From Tubulanus polymorphus (lineage: Eukaryota; Animalia; Nemertea): a stretch of 64,000 nucleotides of DNA. The notes under the pieces were generated by a model. It was given only the letters and a program-made list of their open reading frames with translations. It made no database searches and was not told the origin of the DNA. Positions 35,818 through 48,704 of this stretch are shown here, one piece after another (positions within the stretch are counted from its first letter, which is position 1; each line of letters begins with the position of its first letter). The translations under genes were made by a program, and so were the position numbers. The stretch covers positions 18,686,560 through 18,750,559 of the forward strand of contig NC_134027.1 in assembly GCF_964204645.1 (NCBI RefSeq). Reading direction: 5' to 3'.

Positions 35818-38800
35818 TTGGAAGCAAATAAGTACTACTGTTCAACATGTAAAATCAATATAGATAAATCCCAAAAATCAAGACACAATAAAACTAAAAC
35901 ACATTTATAGAATAAATTAAAATTAGAATATGAAGATGATATATTAGAAACTAAATTAGATGAATTAAAGAATGAAAAAGAAACGTACAAATGTGATACA
36001 TGTAATCAATCATTCAGTGATAAAAGATATTATAAAGAACATTTAAAATCTAAAAGTCATATTAGAAATAAGAATAATGATATTTTAGGTGAGGATTATT
36101 CTGACGAAGATAATGATAAGAAACAGAAGACAATTAAAAGAATAAGAAATAAATTAAACAATAAAAGACCATACATGGAAGATGTAAGAAATTATATTAA
36201 TTCATTAGATAATCAAAAAGATATAGAAATAACCAAAGCATTTAAAAGTGATATTGGTCCAGCAGCTATTGAGTTTAAATTTCATAAAGGTAAAACGTTA
36301 GAAGAAAATAAAAAACATTTAGAAAATATGAAAAATATTATAAAAATAATTACAGATGTTGAATACCCTAAAATTAGTATATCTTCTAAAGTTAAATTTA
36401 TAAAATCTGAAGATAAACCAATATATAATATAAATTCTCATTCACAACATATTATATCTAAACAACATATAGATGATAAATTAGATAAATGTTATAATGA
36501 AGTAAAAACTAAAATAGAAGAGAAATATTTTGAAGAATCTGGTTTAATATTTGATGAAATAATATTTATGATTTTACATGTTTATAACACAAAATATAAT
36601 AAGTTAACTAAATCAAAACCAATAGATGAAAATAATGTATCATATTATAAAGAACCAGATATTGAAGCATCGAGTTATATTAAACTACCATTTAAAACTA
36701 ATGCTGTTATAAATGTACAAAATTCTGATGATAAATGTTTTCTATGGACAATTATAAGTTGCTTACATCCTGCAAATGATAATATTTGTAGATTAACTCA
36801 TTATAAACCATTTGAAAAAAATTATAAGATAGATAAGTATCCTGTTAGAATTAAAAATATCCCAAAAATAGAAAGAGATAATAATTTAAGAATAAATGTA
36901 TTTGATTTAATCAAATTGCCAAATACAAAAGGTAACAATATAAAACATTATACATTAGAACCTTTATACCTATCAAAAGATTATGATTCAAATGATGTAA
37001 TAGATATACTATATTATGAAAATCATTATATGTGGATTAAACAAATCGATTTATTTTTTAAATCAGAAAATGATCACCATAAAATATATCTATGTAGAAA
37101 ATGTTTACATAGATTCAGTAATGAAAGTACATTATTAAATCATAAACAATTATGTGAAAATCATGATTATTGTAAATTAGTTTTACCAAATGAAAAGGAT
37201 AAAATATTAGAATTCAAAAAATATGATTACAAAAATAAAGTACCATTTGTAATATATGGAGATTTTGAATCATTAAATAGAGAATTAACTGATCAAGATA
37301 GAAAAGAAATATATTATAAAAGAAAGAAATTAAATTCTGAAAATGATTTCTCAGAGGAACCACCAATAACAAATACAATTAAAAAGATTCATCAATCAGC
37401 TGCAGCTTTTGGATTATATATTAAATCTGATTATCTAGAACTAATTAAAAGTGAATATTATCATTATAGAAATGAAAATGTTATCAATCATTTTTGTGAC
37501 TTATTAATTGAATATGAAATAAGATTTAGTAAATTATTGAATACAAATATAGAAATTATAATGACAGAAGAAGATAAAGAAGAATTTGTGTTTACAGGTA
37601 AATGTTATTATTGTGAAAAGATATTTGATTATAAAGATAAAAAAGTAAGAGACCGTGATCATTTGAATGGAAAGTTTAGAGGTGCAGCGCATGAGAATTG
37701 TAACTTACAAGCTTAGAAAATTAACTTTGTACCAGTTATATTTCATAATCTATCAGGATATGATGCACATTTATTTATCAAACAGTTATGCCATAAAATA
37801 GAAGAAATCAATAATGAAATAGAAAGATTAAATTCAAATAGATCAAAAGATAAAATACCAACTTATAAATTCAAAATGTTAGCTAAAACATCTGAGAATT
37901 ATATATCATTCCAATTTGGTTGCCTAAGATTTATAGATTAATATAGATTTTTAAATAGTTCATTAGATAACTTATCAAAATCATTAGTTGATGATGAATT
38001 AAAAATATTAAAACAACACTATCCAAATAATGATGATTTTAAATTTATGAGATATAAAGGCGCAATTCCATATTCATTTCATAAATCACATAATGATTTT
38101 AATATAACTGAATTATTAAAAGAACAATTCTATGATGAATTAAAAAATGAATATGTTAAAGATGAAGTCTATAATAGAACATTGAATATTTGGAATCATT
38201 TTGGAATGAAAAATCATGGACAATTAGTAGATTTATATTTAAAATCAGATGTATTATTATTAACTGATATATTCGAAAGGTTTAGAGATGTAAACCTAAA
38301 ATATTTTAACATTGATCCTTGTCATTGTTATTCTAGCCCAGGTTTAACATGGGATTGTGGTTTAAAATTTACAGATATAAAAATGGATTTGTTAACAAAT
38401 ATAGATCAATTATTATTATTTGAAAAATCTATAAGAGGAGGAGTTTCAGGTGTATTAGGTGATAGATATTTCAATGTAAATGATAATCCTGGATATAAGT
38501 TATTATATATAGATGCAAATAATCTATATGGTTGGGCAATGATGGAACCTCAACCTTATGGAGTATTTGAAATAAGTGAAGTTTTACAACATGAAAATAA
38601 TGATAAATTTGATTGGAAGAAAAGAATCCTAGATATTGCAGATGATTCAGATACTGGTTACTTCTTTGTTGTAGATTTAGAATATCCTGAACATATCAAA
38701 TTTAAATCTAGAAATCTAGCATACTGTCCCGAACATAAAACTGTAACTCATGAAGAATTATCAAATTATCAAAAAAGAATTAAACCCGAAAATCATATTC

Positions 38801-39846
38801 ATACAGAAAAGCTAATGGTAACTCAAGAAGATAAATATAATTATGTAGTACATTATAGAATGTTAAAGTTTTATCTAAAACAAGGAATGATCCTTAAAAA
38901 AGTACATAAATATATTTCATTCAGTCAATCTAAATGGTTAGAAAAATATATAGATTTTAACACCAAACAGAGAACTAAAGCTAAAACTGATTTCGAGAAA
39001 GATTTCTTCAAGTTAATGAACAATGCATTCTATGGAAAAACTTGTGAAAATATTAGAAATAGAAATGATATTGAGTTAGTTAGTAATGGTAAAAGGATAA
39101 GGCATTTACAATCATATCCTAAGTTTTTAGGTAACAGAATATTTGATGAAAATTTAGCTGCAGTTAAAATGAGAAGAACTTCTATGAAATTTAATAAACC
39201 AATCTATGTTGGTGCTTCAGTTTTAGAAATATCAAAGCTATTAATGTATGAATTCTATTATAATGTATTACAACCTCATTTTGGGGAAAAGCATATAGAA
39301 ATCTTATATTTTGATACTGACAGTTACATATTAAAGATAAAAACTAATAACATAACTGATGATTTAAAAACATTAAAACATCATTTTGATTTTAGTAACT
39401 ATCATAAAAATCATGAATTGTTTAGCAATGATAATAAAAAGCGACCCGGGAAGTTTAAGGATGAATTAGGCGGTGAAGAAATGATTGAATTCATTGGTAT
39501 TAGATCCAAAATGTATTCATATAAAATTAAAACTCATGAATCAAAGAAATTGAAAGGAATTACCAAAAGCGTTGTTGAAAAGAATATTCATTTCAAAGAT
39601 TATATCAATTGTATATTCAATGAAGAAGTTAGAAAACATAAGATGAAATGTTTAAGATCAGAGTACCACGAAATGTTTATTGAAGAAATAGAAAAGGTAA
39701 GTCTAAACCCATTTGATGATAAAAGATATATTTTAGATGATGGAATTCATACAGTTGCTAATGGTTGTAATTTAGATGAATACTTAAAATTTAAAAGAGA
39801 AGAAACAAAAGAGAACGAGATAATGAAAAGAATTCTAACGTGTTAA
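35818..39846 (+). pseudogene. Protein-primed family B DNA polymerase (pPolB) with N-terminal zinc fingers and an EndoVII-like insert; three in-frame stops
   Basis: YGDFES, HNLSGYD and YLKSDV exonuclease motifs; YIDANNLYG, KLMNNAFYGK and YFDTDS polymerase motifs; DHLNGKFRGAAHENCN insert. One frame with stops at ~35908, 37714 and 37939; start appears mutated (TAAATTG). Confidence 0.95.
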
Positions 39847-39875
39847 TCAAATTTTAATAAAAATATGTATTATAA

Positions 39876-40228
39876 ATGGAGAGTAAACAAGCGCACAGTG
39901 AGAACAACAAATCATTTCTAGATAGAATAAAAGATACTTCAAATGTCAAATCAGTAGATTATAAATTTAAGAAGTTAAAAGAATTAATAATCCATAAGAA
40001 ATATCTAATTACAAATATTGTTACAGTTATTAACAAATATGGAGATAAATTAGTTATACACTTAGAATATGAAGGATTAAAAGGAAATACATATAAATAC
40101 AGAACATATTTACCAGATAGATTTCATAGATTATCAAGTGAAGATTTAGAAGAATTATGTTCAAGCGATTTCTATTTCGTATAAGAGGTAAGAATGAAAA
40201 AGGCCACCATGAAATAGATTTCGAATAA
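39876..40228 (+). CDS. Small Polinton protein of unknown function (C-terminus probably frameshifted at ~40184)
   Basis: TAAATG start, 102-aa ORF; weak similarity to the N-termini of the ORFs at 17714 and 24083. Confidence 0.6.
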
Positions 40229-40242
40229 AATATGTAAAATAA

Positions 40243-41001
40243 ATGGTAGAATTAAAAGAATATAGAATACATGTTGATTCTAGAAAACTTACAAATTATA
40301 AATCTCATAATTTACAAGTACAATTAGATAGAGAATTTTAGAATTGTGTTGATTTAAAATTAGTAAATGTAAGTTTATGTAATTCTTTTTATAATGTATC
40401 GAGTAAAACTATTGATCATAATATTTTTTAAATTCATGTTAGAAATATAAATAAATGGTTTCATCTATTTTTAAAACCAGGGTTATATAATTTAGAAACA
40501 TTAGCTCAAGAAATTAACAGATGAGCACGATTGAAACTTAGAAGTGAAGATAGATTTTCAATTAGATTTATAAAAAGTGATAGTTCTGATAAAATTAAAA
40601 TAAAGTTAGATGATGAAACCAATAACACATTTATGGTACACAAACCAATAGCTAAAATGTTAGGAATTAAACCGCTTACAGTTACAGGAAACGTAGATGG
40701 TAATTCAAATATAATACCTTTTTCACACTTTTATATTTATTGCAATTTAATTGATGCTACAAAAAATTTCGAAGCAACTAAAGATATAACTTGTAATTCT
40801 AGTATGTTAAATATTATACCATTACAAAATGTTAAAAAATTTGGAACACAAATTGATTATAATTTAGCTGAATGTGATTTTAAACCTTGTATTTCTCGAT
40901 TTAACAATTTTAAATTAGAAATAAGAAATCATAATGGTTTTTTAATTGATTTGAATAACTTTCCTGTAATTTATGAATTAATTATAAGATGTAAAGAGTA
41001 A
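40243..41001 (+). pseudogene. Minor capsid protein (penton, single jelly roll), one in-frame stop at 40522
   Basis: IHVDS...NSFYNVS at the N-terminus, YIYCNLI, LNIIPL and LEIRNHNGFLIDLNNFPVIYELII at the C-terminus, the pattern of Polinton pentons. Confidence 0.8.
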
Positions 41002-41017
41002 TTTTTTCACTATATAA

Positions 41018-41362
41018 ATGAATATAACTGTTGGATCGAGTATATGTTTTGGATTTGATTTTAAACATGAGAAAGAAATGAAATTTAACATTAATGATGT
41101 AATAACACATATTAAAAATATTGCATTTTGTTACGAAACAACATTTGAGTATGAAAAAACAATAGATAAAGAAACTTTTAATGTAGAAAAGATTACCGAG
41201 TCTTTAAGATTTTATGAATTAGATGAAGATTTTATCATTGATGATATTAAAAGAATAATAACTGAAATATATGAAAATGAAACTAGTAATGAAATAAATG
41301 TTGAAATAATCATAAATAAGATTACTAAATATTTTGAAGATAGTAATATTTTTGATAAATAA
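41018..41362 (+). CDS. Hypothetical acidic protein
   Basis: 114-aa ORF with TAAATG start; its stop abuts the next start. Confidence 0.6.
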   Translation: MNITVGSSICFGFDFKHEKEMKFNINDVITHIKNIAFCYETTFEYEKTIDKETFNVEKITESLRFYELDEDFIIDDIKRIITEIYENETSNEINVEIIINKITKYFEDSNIFDK

Positions 41363-41584
41363 ATGAGTGATAATAAGTGGATAATAACTGGATTATATAA
41401 TGGCGCATTATTATCAGTTGGAACTGTTGGTTATTCAATGGTATTAAAAAAAGTATTCAAAATGGGAAGTGTTAATGTTGATAGATTTGATATAAATGAT
41501 ATCTTAAAATTAACATTAGCAGTAACTTTATCTAATTTAACTATTGATTATTTGGAAAAACAAAAATATATTCCTCCTATATAA
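41363..41584 (+). CDS. Small hydrophobic protein
   Basis: 73-aa ORF with TAAATG start and two hydrophobic segments. Confidence 0.65.
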   Translation: MSDNKWIITGLYNGALLSVGTVGYSMVLKKVFKMGSVNVDRFDINDILKLTLAVTLSNLTIDYLEKQKYIPPI

Positions 41585-42417
41585 TTGCATAATTTTTTTT
41601 AGCATTTACTGGTGGTAGTTATTTATTTAGGCATATAGATAAAAATAGTTCATTAGAAGAACAAAAAAGACATAACTTAGCATTAGAGAAATATAATAAA
41701 TCAGCAGAAGAAAAGAGACAAAACTGTATGGATTACATCAATAAAGAATTATATGATCAGAAGATTTCACATAGACATTTTCAATCAGTTGATGATGCAA
41801 TGAGTTTATATAACGCGGTAACCAATAAAGTAAAAATTATATCTATATAAACCTAAATTATCAGATTATTATACACCAAGTAAAGAACAACAGAAATATG
41901 AAATAATTTGGATTTTAGGGGGAACAGTTATTGTTATATTTGTTGCTTATAAATTTACTAATTAGTAATTTTTTGCTAAATAAATGGATGATAATGTTGA
42001 TGGTGTTTATATTATTCCTCATGATATCAGTAAAACTAAATTAAAAATATATTTAGAAAAACAAATATTAGAATTTGAAAGTGACTTAAAGATAAAAAAG
42101 AAAAATATTCAAAAAGTAAAATTGTATATTATCTTATTATTAGTGGTTCAGTTACAATAAGTTCTGTAATAACATTTCTAGCAATATTCTCACCATTAAC
42201 ACCTTTAGCTATATCAATTGGTGTGCTAGGTTTAAGTTCAAGTGTTTTAACCGGTATAAGTTCAAAATTAAATATAAAAAGTAATAAAGAAAAAATTAAA
42301 ACTAATATAAAAGAAATTAATAAATTGAAGAATACACTAGGTTATATAATAAGTTTAAATGGCCATATAACAGTTGAAGAACAAGATAAATTATTAAAAG
42401 AATTAATAAATTATTAA
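41585..42417 (+). pseudogene. Two small membrane-protein genes, frameshifted
   Basis: Fragments AFTGGSYLF...EEQKRHNLALEKYN and, from the TAAATG at 41981, a TM-rich frame continuing into ORF 42223-42417. Confidence 0.5.
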
Positions 42418-42433
42418 TTTTTTAATTATATAA

Positions 42434-43730
42434 ATGGGGTTTCCAAAAGGTTTCCAATATAATAAATCATATAGATATTTAATTCCACCTATAGATTTTG
42501 ATAGTATTATAACATATAAAAATGTAGTTTTACCTTCATTGATTAATTTAGAAATTTATGTTACTGAAACAAAGTTTTTTATTTCTAAAATGGAAAATAT
42601 ATTTAATACATATGAAGTTACTTTTACTCGAGATGAATATAATATATATAAAATAAAATCTAATATGAAATATTGGCAGAATCAATTAAATTTTGCAGTT
42701 TATTGCGCAACAACAGGGTGTGGTATAAGTTGGAATGATCATTTAAATAATTTAGATAACCATTTGTCTTATTCAGATTTAAAATTCATTCATACAATAT
42801 TTAGATTTCATGCATACTTTCAAGTTAGAATTATATTAAATGAATTAGAATGTCCTTTACCCGGGTCTAAATATTTTAAAGAATTGGATAATAATATTAA
42901 TCTATCTAAGTTTTATAAAATATGTAATGAATTTAATATAAATATCAATTCCGATTTTAGAGCACATGGTAAATTGCGAGGTATTGGTGAACAGTATGAA
43001 ATAAAAAGAATTGATTATATGCATAGAATTGGAGCATATCATAATTATAAAATCGATAATGATGATGGTTGGAATAATTTTATTATAGATAATGGTGAAG
43101 GTTTTACAAAACCTGGTATACAAAGAATAAATCAATCAATTAGAACTTATTTAATTTGTATTTTAGGTGCACAAGTTGAAACAAGATCACCAATAGTTGG
43201 AAATGATAGTACTTCATTTGATGAAACAATTCAAAGTATTATTTGAAGATTCCATTCATAATGATAAAAATAGATCGATTCCAGAAAACCTTGTAAGATA
43301 TCAAAATTATTTAGATAAATCACATATTAGATTAAATTATTGTATAGGCCCTAATCTATTAATTATTTCTAATGATTTAGTATTAAAGATGGGAAATATA
43401 ATTGGTTATAATAATCTAATTAAAACTGCAACAATAAATAATTCATTTGGAGTAAATGATATAAATAAAAAGATTATTACTGCCCCAAAATTAATGGAAG
43501 GTGAAAAAAATAAAAAACATATTCAATCAACTGAAACTAAAACTAAAAGTATTAGATTGGATAATGATTCCAAAATAAAAGATTACAATACATCAGAAAA
43601 TATTAAAACTGATAATATTCAACATGAAATAATTAAACTAAATGATGATAATAAATCCCATGAAAATGCTAAATTAGCTATAACTTTTATAGGAATTGTA
43701 ATAGGAGGAATATTATATTTTAAATTTTAA
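42434..43730 (+). pseudogene. Polinton protein of unknown function, frameshifted near 43225, C-terminal TM
   Basis: Overlapping ORFs 42434-43246 and 43197-43730; YWQNQLNFAVYCATTGCGIS motif; ends LAITFIGIVIGGILYFKF. Confidence 0.6.
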
Positions 43731-43745
43731 TTTATTATTATATAA

Positions 43746-45218
43746 ATGGAAATGGAAGGTGGAGAAGATTATGAAATGGGAGAAATGGGAAATAATAATG
43801 AAGGGAATATTGATGATGATTATAATGATGCTGAAACTAATATTGATAATAATGATGAATCAGCATATAATTTTAATTTAGCAGATAGTGGTTCTAAAGG
43901 ACTATCAACAGATGAATTTGATAGAAAAAATAGATCGAGAATAAATCTTGAAAATGAAGATCCAGATTTATTAAGACAAGAGTTAGAATATATGAGATAT
44001 ATTATAAAATTCAAACCTGTATTTGAAGATTCTGGATATAATATAAATGCCAGAGGCGCTAGACTTTTAGTAAGAGAATTAAAAATATTTAGATGGTGAA
44101 TGTTATTATCATTTGAAAGGTGATTATTTGAAAGAAGATTATTATATTGATATCTCTTATAAAAATCAAAACAAAATATTAGCAGAATCAACTTTGGAAA
44201 AATTGGAACCAGATAGAATTAAAAAAATAAGTATTAATAATGAAATAGAAAATGTAACACAAGAAGAAATAAATCGCCATAAAAAAAGTATTTAAAATTT
44301 AGAATTAATGAATTATTTGAAACAATCGATAATAATTTAGAAACAGAAACAACTTCTGAACAGAATAAAACTTCCAAAACTAGAAACTTAAATCAAACGA
44401 AGTTCAAACTGAAAAACTTTTACCGAATGGATTACTTGATGCAACAAAACAAGAATTAGAAGATTTAAATATATTTTCTGATAAAGCAATTAGAGAAATT
44501 ATTAGTATACACAATGAAGCTGATAAAATTGCACATAATAAAAGTATAAGACATCAAAAAATTATGTATTTGGAAAAAGAATTAACTAATGCAAATAAAG
44601 AAATAGAACAACTAAAGTCTGATTTAGATAATCAAGTAATTGATGAAATAGAATATAGGCAAAAAGAATTGCGTTTAGAAAAAGAAATTGATAATTTAAA
44701 AGATAATTTAGAAGTACAGAAAGGTGAAAGAGATATATTATTAAAAGAATTTGATAATAATTTTAAAAGATGTTTTTAAAGATTTGTTGATAAAACCAGA
44801 TTCTAAAATATCATTGAAAGATAGAATAAAATTATCATTTAAATTAGAAGGAATAACAATTTTTTTTTCAATTCTAACAGCTGTAACTATGGTATTCACA
44901 ACAATAGGTTTAGCAATATCAAATGCTTTAAAATCTACACCTACTCCCAATAAACCGGATAAACCCCCGAATGATAATAATTCAATACAAGATAAGTTTA
45001 AAGATGGTTTAAAAAAATTAGCAATATATTAATGGGAACTATCTAAAAAATCTGCTGCAGCATTGCCCGGAGTTATTGCATCAATTGTTGGTTATATATT
45101 GAAATCTGCTGGGAATATTCTTAACTTTGCTGCTGAACCTATTATTTTATTTTTAATTACGGTTGTAAGTGCTATTATTTTTGGGTTAGTGAATATGATA
45201 TCAAAAATTACCAAGTAA
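43746..45218 (+). pseudogene. Long acidic/coiled-coil protein with C-terminal TM segments, several disruptions
   Basis: Chain of ORFs at 43746, 44113, 44564 and 44751, plus the tail KSAAALPGVIASIVGYILKSAG. Confidence 0.6.
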
Positions 45219-45256
45219 ACATAATAAAAAATAAATAATTAATTTTTGCTAAATAA

Positions 45257-46504
45257 ATGAGTGGAAGTTACATCAATCCTTCGAAGAATCATAGAATATC
45301 TAATGCTATTAAAGCAGAAAGATCACATCATATAATTACTCATAATCCTTCTAATATTAATCCCGATGAAACTTTATATGTTAGAATCCCTAGTTTAACA
45401 CAAAATACTTTTTATGTTCCAAATAGTATTTATTTATCAGCCGATATAAAAGTAACTGGTCATGATAATAATTATGTTGTCGATAATGTTGGAAGATATT
45501 TGATTAAAAAATTAAATATAAAGATTGGCCCAGAAATAGTTTTCTCAATAGATGATTATAATCTATTTATGCATTATAAAGATTTATGGTTAACAAAAGA
45601 AAATAGAAATAATATGATATTTCAAGGCATCCAATCAGAAAACCAAAATAAATTAAGATCTGAAGCTAATAATGCAGTAGTAAATAATGCTACAGATAAT
45701 TTGATAAAAAAGATTTATGGAAGCAAATATAAAATTCCATTAGACTTTAAATTGTTAAATAATAATGCACCTTTGTATAAATACGCAATTCAAGAAGATG
45801 TTATATTTGAGATAACATTTGCTCCTGTTAATGAAATTGTATTATCAAGTGTAGTTAAAGATATGGGTTATAAATTATCAAATATATGTTTGGAATATGA
45901 TACAGTAACTGATGTAAATATTGCTAACACAATTCAAACTCTATACAATCAAGGATTTTCATTATTATATGATTATATTGATAAATTTAAAACTGTAACT
46001 ATTAATGCAAATGATGAAATAATTAATGAGAATATTAACTTCCCAAGAAGATCTATTAAAGGTGTATTAATATTTTTTACCATTGCAACATATTCTAATG
46101 GTGCAATAAAAGTTGATAATTATTATAATCCTGAAATATCAAAAGTAGATATAACTATCGAAGGAATAGCAAATAAAATATTTTGTCAAGGAATGAGAAT
46201 GATAGATCAATGGCAAGAAATTAGAAAACATTTTATGAATGAAAAAGTAAAATCATTTGAAAATTGTAATATTAATCAAATTGATTATTATACCGGTAAT
46301 AAATATGCATTATGGTTAGATCTAAGAACATCAGAGGATAACTTATTACATGGTTCTGGGAAAAAATTACAGAACACTAAAGATGGAATACAATTATTCA
46401 TGAAAAAGAAAAAAGGAAGCTTAAATTTTAAAATGCAGATTTATATTATATCTGACGCGCAATTAAATATTGTAAATTCTCAATTAAATAGTGTTATGTA
46501 TTAA
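45257..46504 (+). CDS. Major capsid protein (double jelly roll), intact
   Basis: 415 aa, beta-rich; NPSNINPDETLYVRIP, LSNICLEYD, RSIKGVL and ALWLDLRT...LHGSG; size and position fit a Polinton MCP. Confidence 0.85.
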   Translation: MSGSYINPSKNHRISNAIKAERSHHIITHNPSNINPDETLYVRIPSLTQNTFYVPNSIYLSADIKVTGHDNNYVVDNVGRYLIKKLNIKIGPEIVFSIDDYNLFMHYKDLWLTKENRNNMIFQGIQSENQNKLRSEANNAVVNNATDNLIKKIYGSKYKIPLDFKLLNNNAPLYKYAIQEDVIFEITFAPVNEIVLSSVVKDMGYKLSNICLEYDTVTDVNIANTIQTLYNQGFSLLYDYIDKFKTVTINANDEIINENINFPRRSIKGVLIFFTIATYSNGAIKVDNYYNPEISKVDITIEGIANKIFCQGMRMIDQWQEIRKHFMNEKVKSFENCNINQIDYYTGNKYALWLDLRTSEDNLLHGSGKKLQNTKDGIQLFMKKKKGSLNFKMQIYIISDAQLNIVNSQLNSVMY

Positions 46505-46553
46505 GTGTTATGAAATATTAAAATTTTAACTTCAATAAAAAATCTTATATTAA

Positions 46554-47630
46554 ATGGAAGGTGGAATATATGAAATACAAACTCCAAGTGAAATGATATC
46601 AGATATACATTATATATTACCTTATGATGAAAATAGTAAGTATTTTGGAGAATACTTTAATCAATTCAAATATAGAATAAGTAAAATAGATAAGAATATT
46701 GAAACAAAAAAAGAAAATAATATTGAACCTAAAATAGAAGATAAGAATGATATTGAATATAAAATAGGAGATAATATTGAAACTAAAATAGAAGATAGTA
46801 ATAATATTAAAACTCAAATAGAAGATGTAACAGCATCTACATCTTATAATATACCCTCTACATATGATATTGAATCAAAAAAAGATTATTAAAATCCAAA
46901 ATATTGTGATGTATGTAAGAAATATATATCATATAAAAATTGGGCATCACATAAGAAATCAAAGAAACATATAGAAAAAGAAAATAATAATAATGATAAT
47001 AATATATCTGGTAATAATATAATAGATAATATCATAGATAATGTTAATACAATTGAAACAAATGATACCATAGATAATATAACAGATAATGTTGTTACAA
47101 TTGAAACTAATGATAATGAAACAATTGATGATTCTAAAAAACATTGTAACATTTGTGATTTAGATATTTCTAAAAGTAATTTTTCTAAACATAAAAAATC
47201 TCAAGCGCATATCGAAAATGAAAGGAAGTTAGAAGAAATAGAAAGAAATAAAATGTGCCAATATTGTAATAAAAAAATTGAACCTGTTGATGAAAATGTT
47301 CATTATAAATCAAAATTACATCTAATTAATGTTTATAAAAAGGTGAGTATGATACCATTGTTAAATAACCCAGAGAAATATATCAAATATTTTAATCCTA
47401 AAACTAACCAGTATTATATATTCTATAAGTTGTTATTTGATAAATTATTAGCTTATGCAGAAGATAATCCTGAACAAATATATAAATTATTATATTTTAG
47501 AAAAATAGATTTAAGTTATCTGATAAATAATTTTAGAAATCATTTTGATTATGATGATTTTGATGAATACTTAGAAAGATTAAGAGAAAAAGCTAATATA
47601 CCTACTAATTATTATGTTAAGATGGCCTGA
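46554..47630 (+). pseudogene. Multi zinc-finger protein, one in-frame stop at 46890
   Basis: Same frame throughout: CDVCKKYISYKNWASHKKSKKH, CNICDLDISKSNFSKHKKSQAH, CQYCNKKIEPVDENVHYKSKLH. Confidence 0.75.
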
Positions 47631-47717
47631 CTAAAATTAATAAATCTACCTAAGACTTTAGATGAATTAGATATAAACAGAGATGATTTTATAAATGTAT
47701 TAGAAACAAAATTAGAA

Positions 47718-48102
47718 TAATTATTATAAAACTAATTTATATATCTATGTACTAGACGTACGAGTAAGAAAGTAAGGATCTTGGTAAGAATCCAAGAATC
47801 TAAGAAATCTTACTTTCTTACTCGTACGTCTAGTACATAAATATATAAATAGTTATTTTTTAAATTAAAAATGTAAATTATTTATCTAAGTATAGAAATA
47901 GTTATAATATAATCTATTTTTATTTTTATTAAGAGAAAACATATATTTTTTTTAAATTTTTATGTTTTTAATTATTATAAAACTAATTTATATATGTATG
48001 TATGAGATGTACGAGTAAGAATCTAAGAATTCTTACTTTCTTAGCAAGAATCTTGGTTTCTTACTCATACGTCAAGTACTTAGATATATAAATAGTTATT
48101 TT
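47718..48102. terminator. Two directly repeated hairpins at the junction of convergent gene blocks
   Basis: Stem 47736-47776/47809-47849 (41 bp, 1 mismatch); diverged second copy at ~47986-48092. Function inferred. Confidence 0.6.
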
Positions 48103-48704
48103 ATAAATTTATATTCATATGGAAATTGAAGCCTCAGTAATAATTTTGAACCTTTATTATTCTTTAATTTATTCATATATTCATCATGTAATTCAGTAGG
48201 TATAATTTGATTTTCTTCCAATGATTGTTGCATAGATTTTCTATCTTTATTGTAGAATAAAACTAGAAATCTTATATTCTCCCTAAAATCTTTAACAATT
48301 GATTTATATTTTTGATTTAAAACCCATGTTGTTATCCCAAAATGTCTCCCAGAGAAAGCCAGATAACATAACTCACTTTCTCTCACTTTTGAATCATGTA
48401 AATTTGCACAATCATCTATAATGAATAATGTATTTGAACCTTTATAAATATCTAATGCTATTTTTATACAATTATCTAAATTTTCTTTTACTGTTTTAGG
48501 ATCTAATATGATAAATTTTATCTTAACTATATCACTATTATATGTTTTATTCATTTCATAAGTAGGACAGAATAATATTATATTATCAAAATGATTCTTA
48601 TAAATAGTTTCTAACAAGTCTAATATGAAATGTGTTTTACCACAGTTGGTTACTCCAGTAACTAACATATTATGCGGTTCAAATATAAATAAATCTTTAT
48701 TCAT
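48096..48704 (-). CDS. FtsK/HerA (A32-like) packaging ATPase, intact
   Basis: Walker A GVTNCGKT, Walker B FIIDD, arginine-finger GRHFGI. Confidence 0.92.
   Translation of the reverse strand: MNKDLFIFEPHNMLVTGVTNCGKTHFILDLLETIYKNHFDNIILFCPTYEMNKTYNSDIVKIKFIILDPKTVKENLDNCIKIALDIYKGSNTLFIIDDCANLHDSKVRESELCYLAFSGRHFGITTWVLNQKYKSIVKDFRENIRFLVLFYNKDRKSMQQSLEENQIIPTELHDEYMNKLKNNKGSKLLLRLQFPYEYKFIK

Noticed and set aside
42902-47152. Minus-strand ORFs 42902, 43820, 44741, 46617, 46889 and 46959
   Set aside because: Antisense shadows of AT-rich plus-strand genes.
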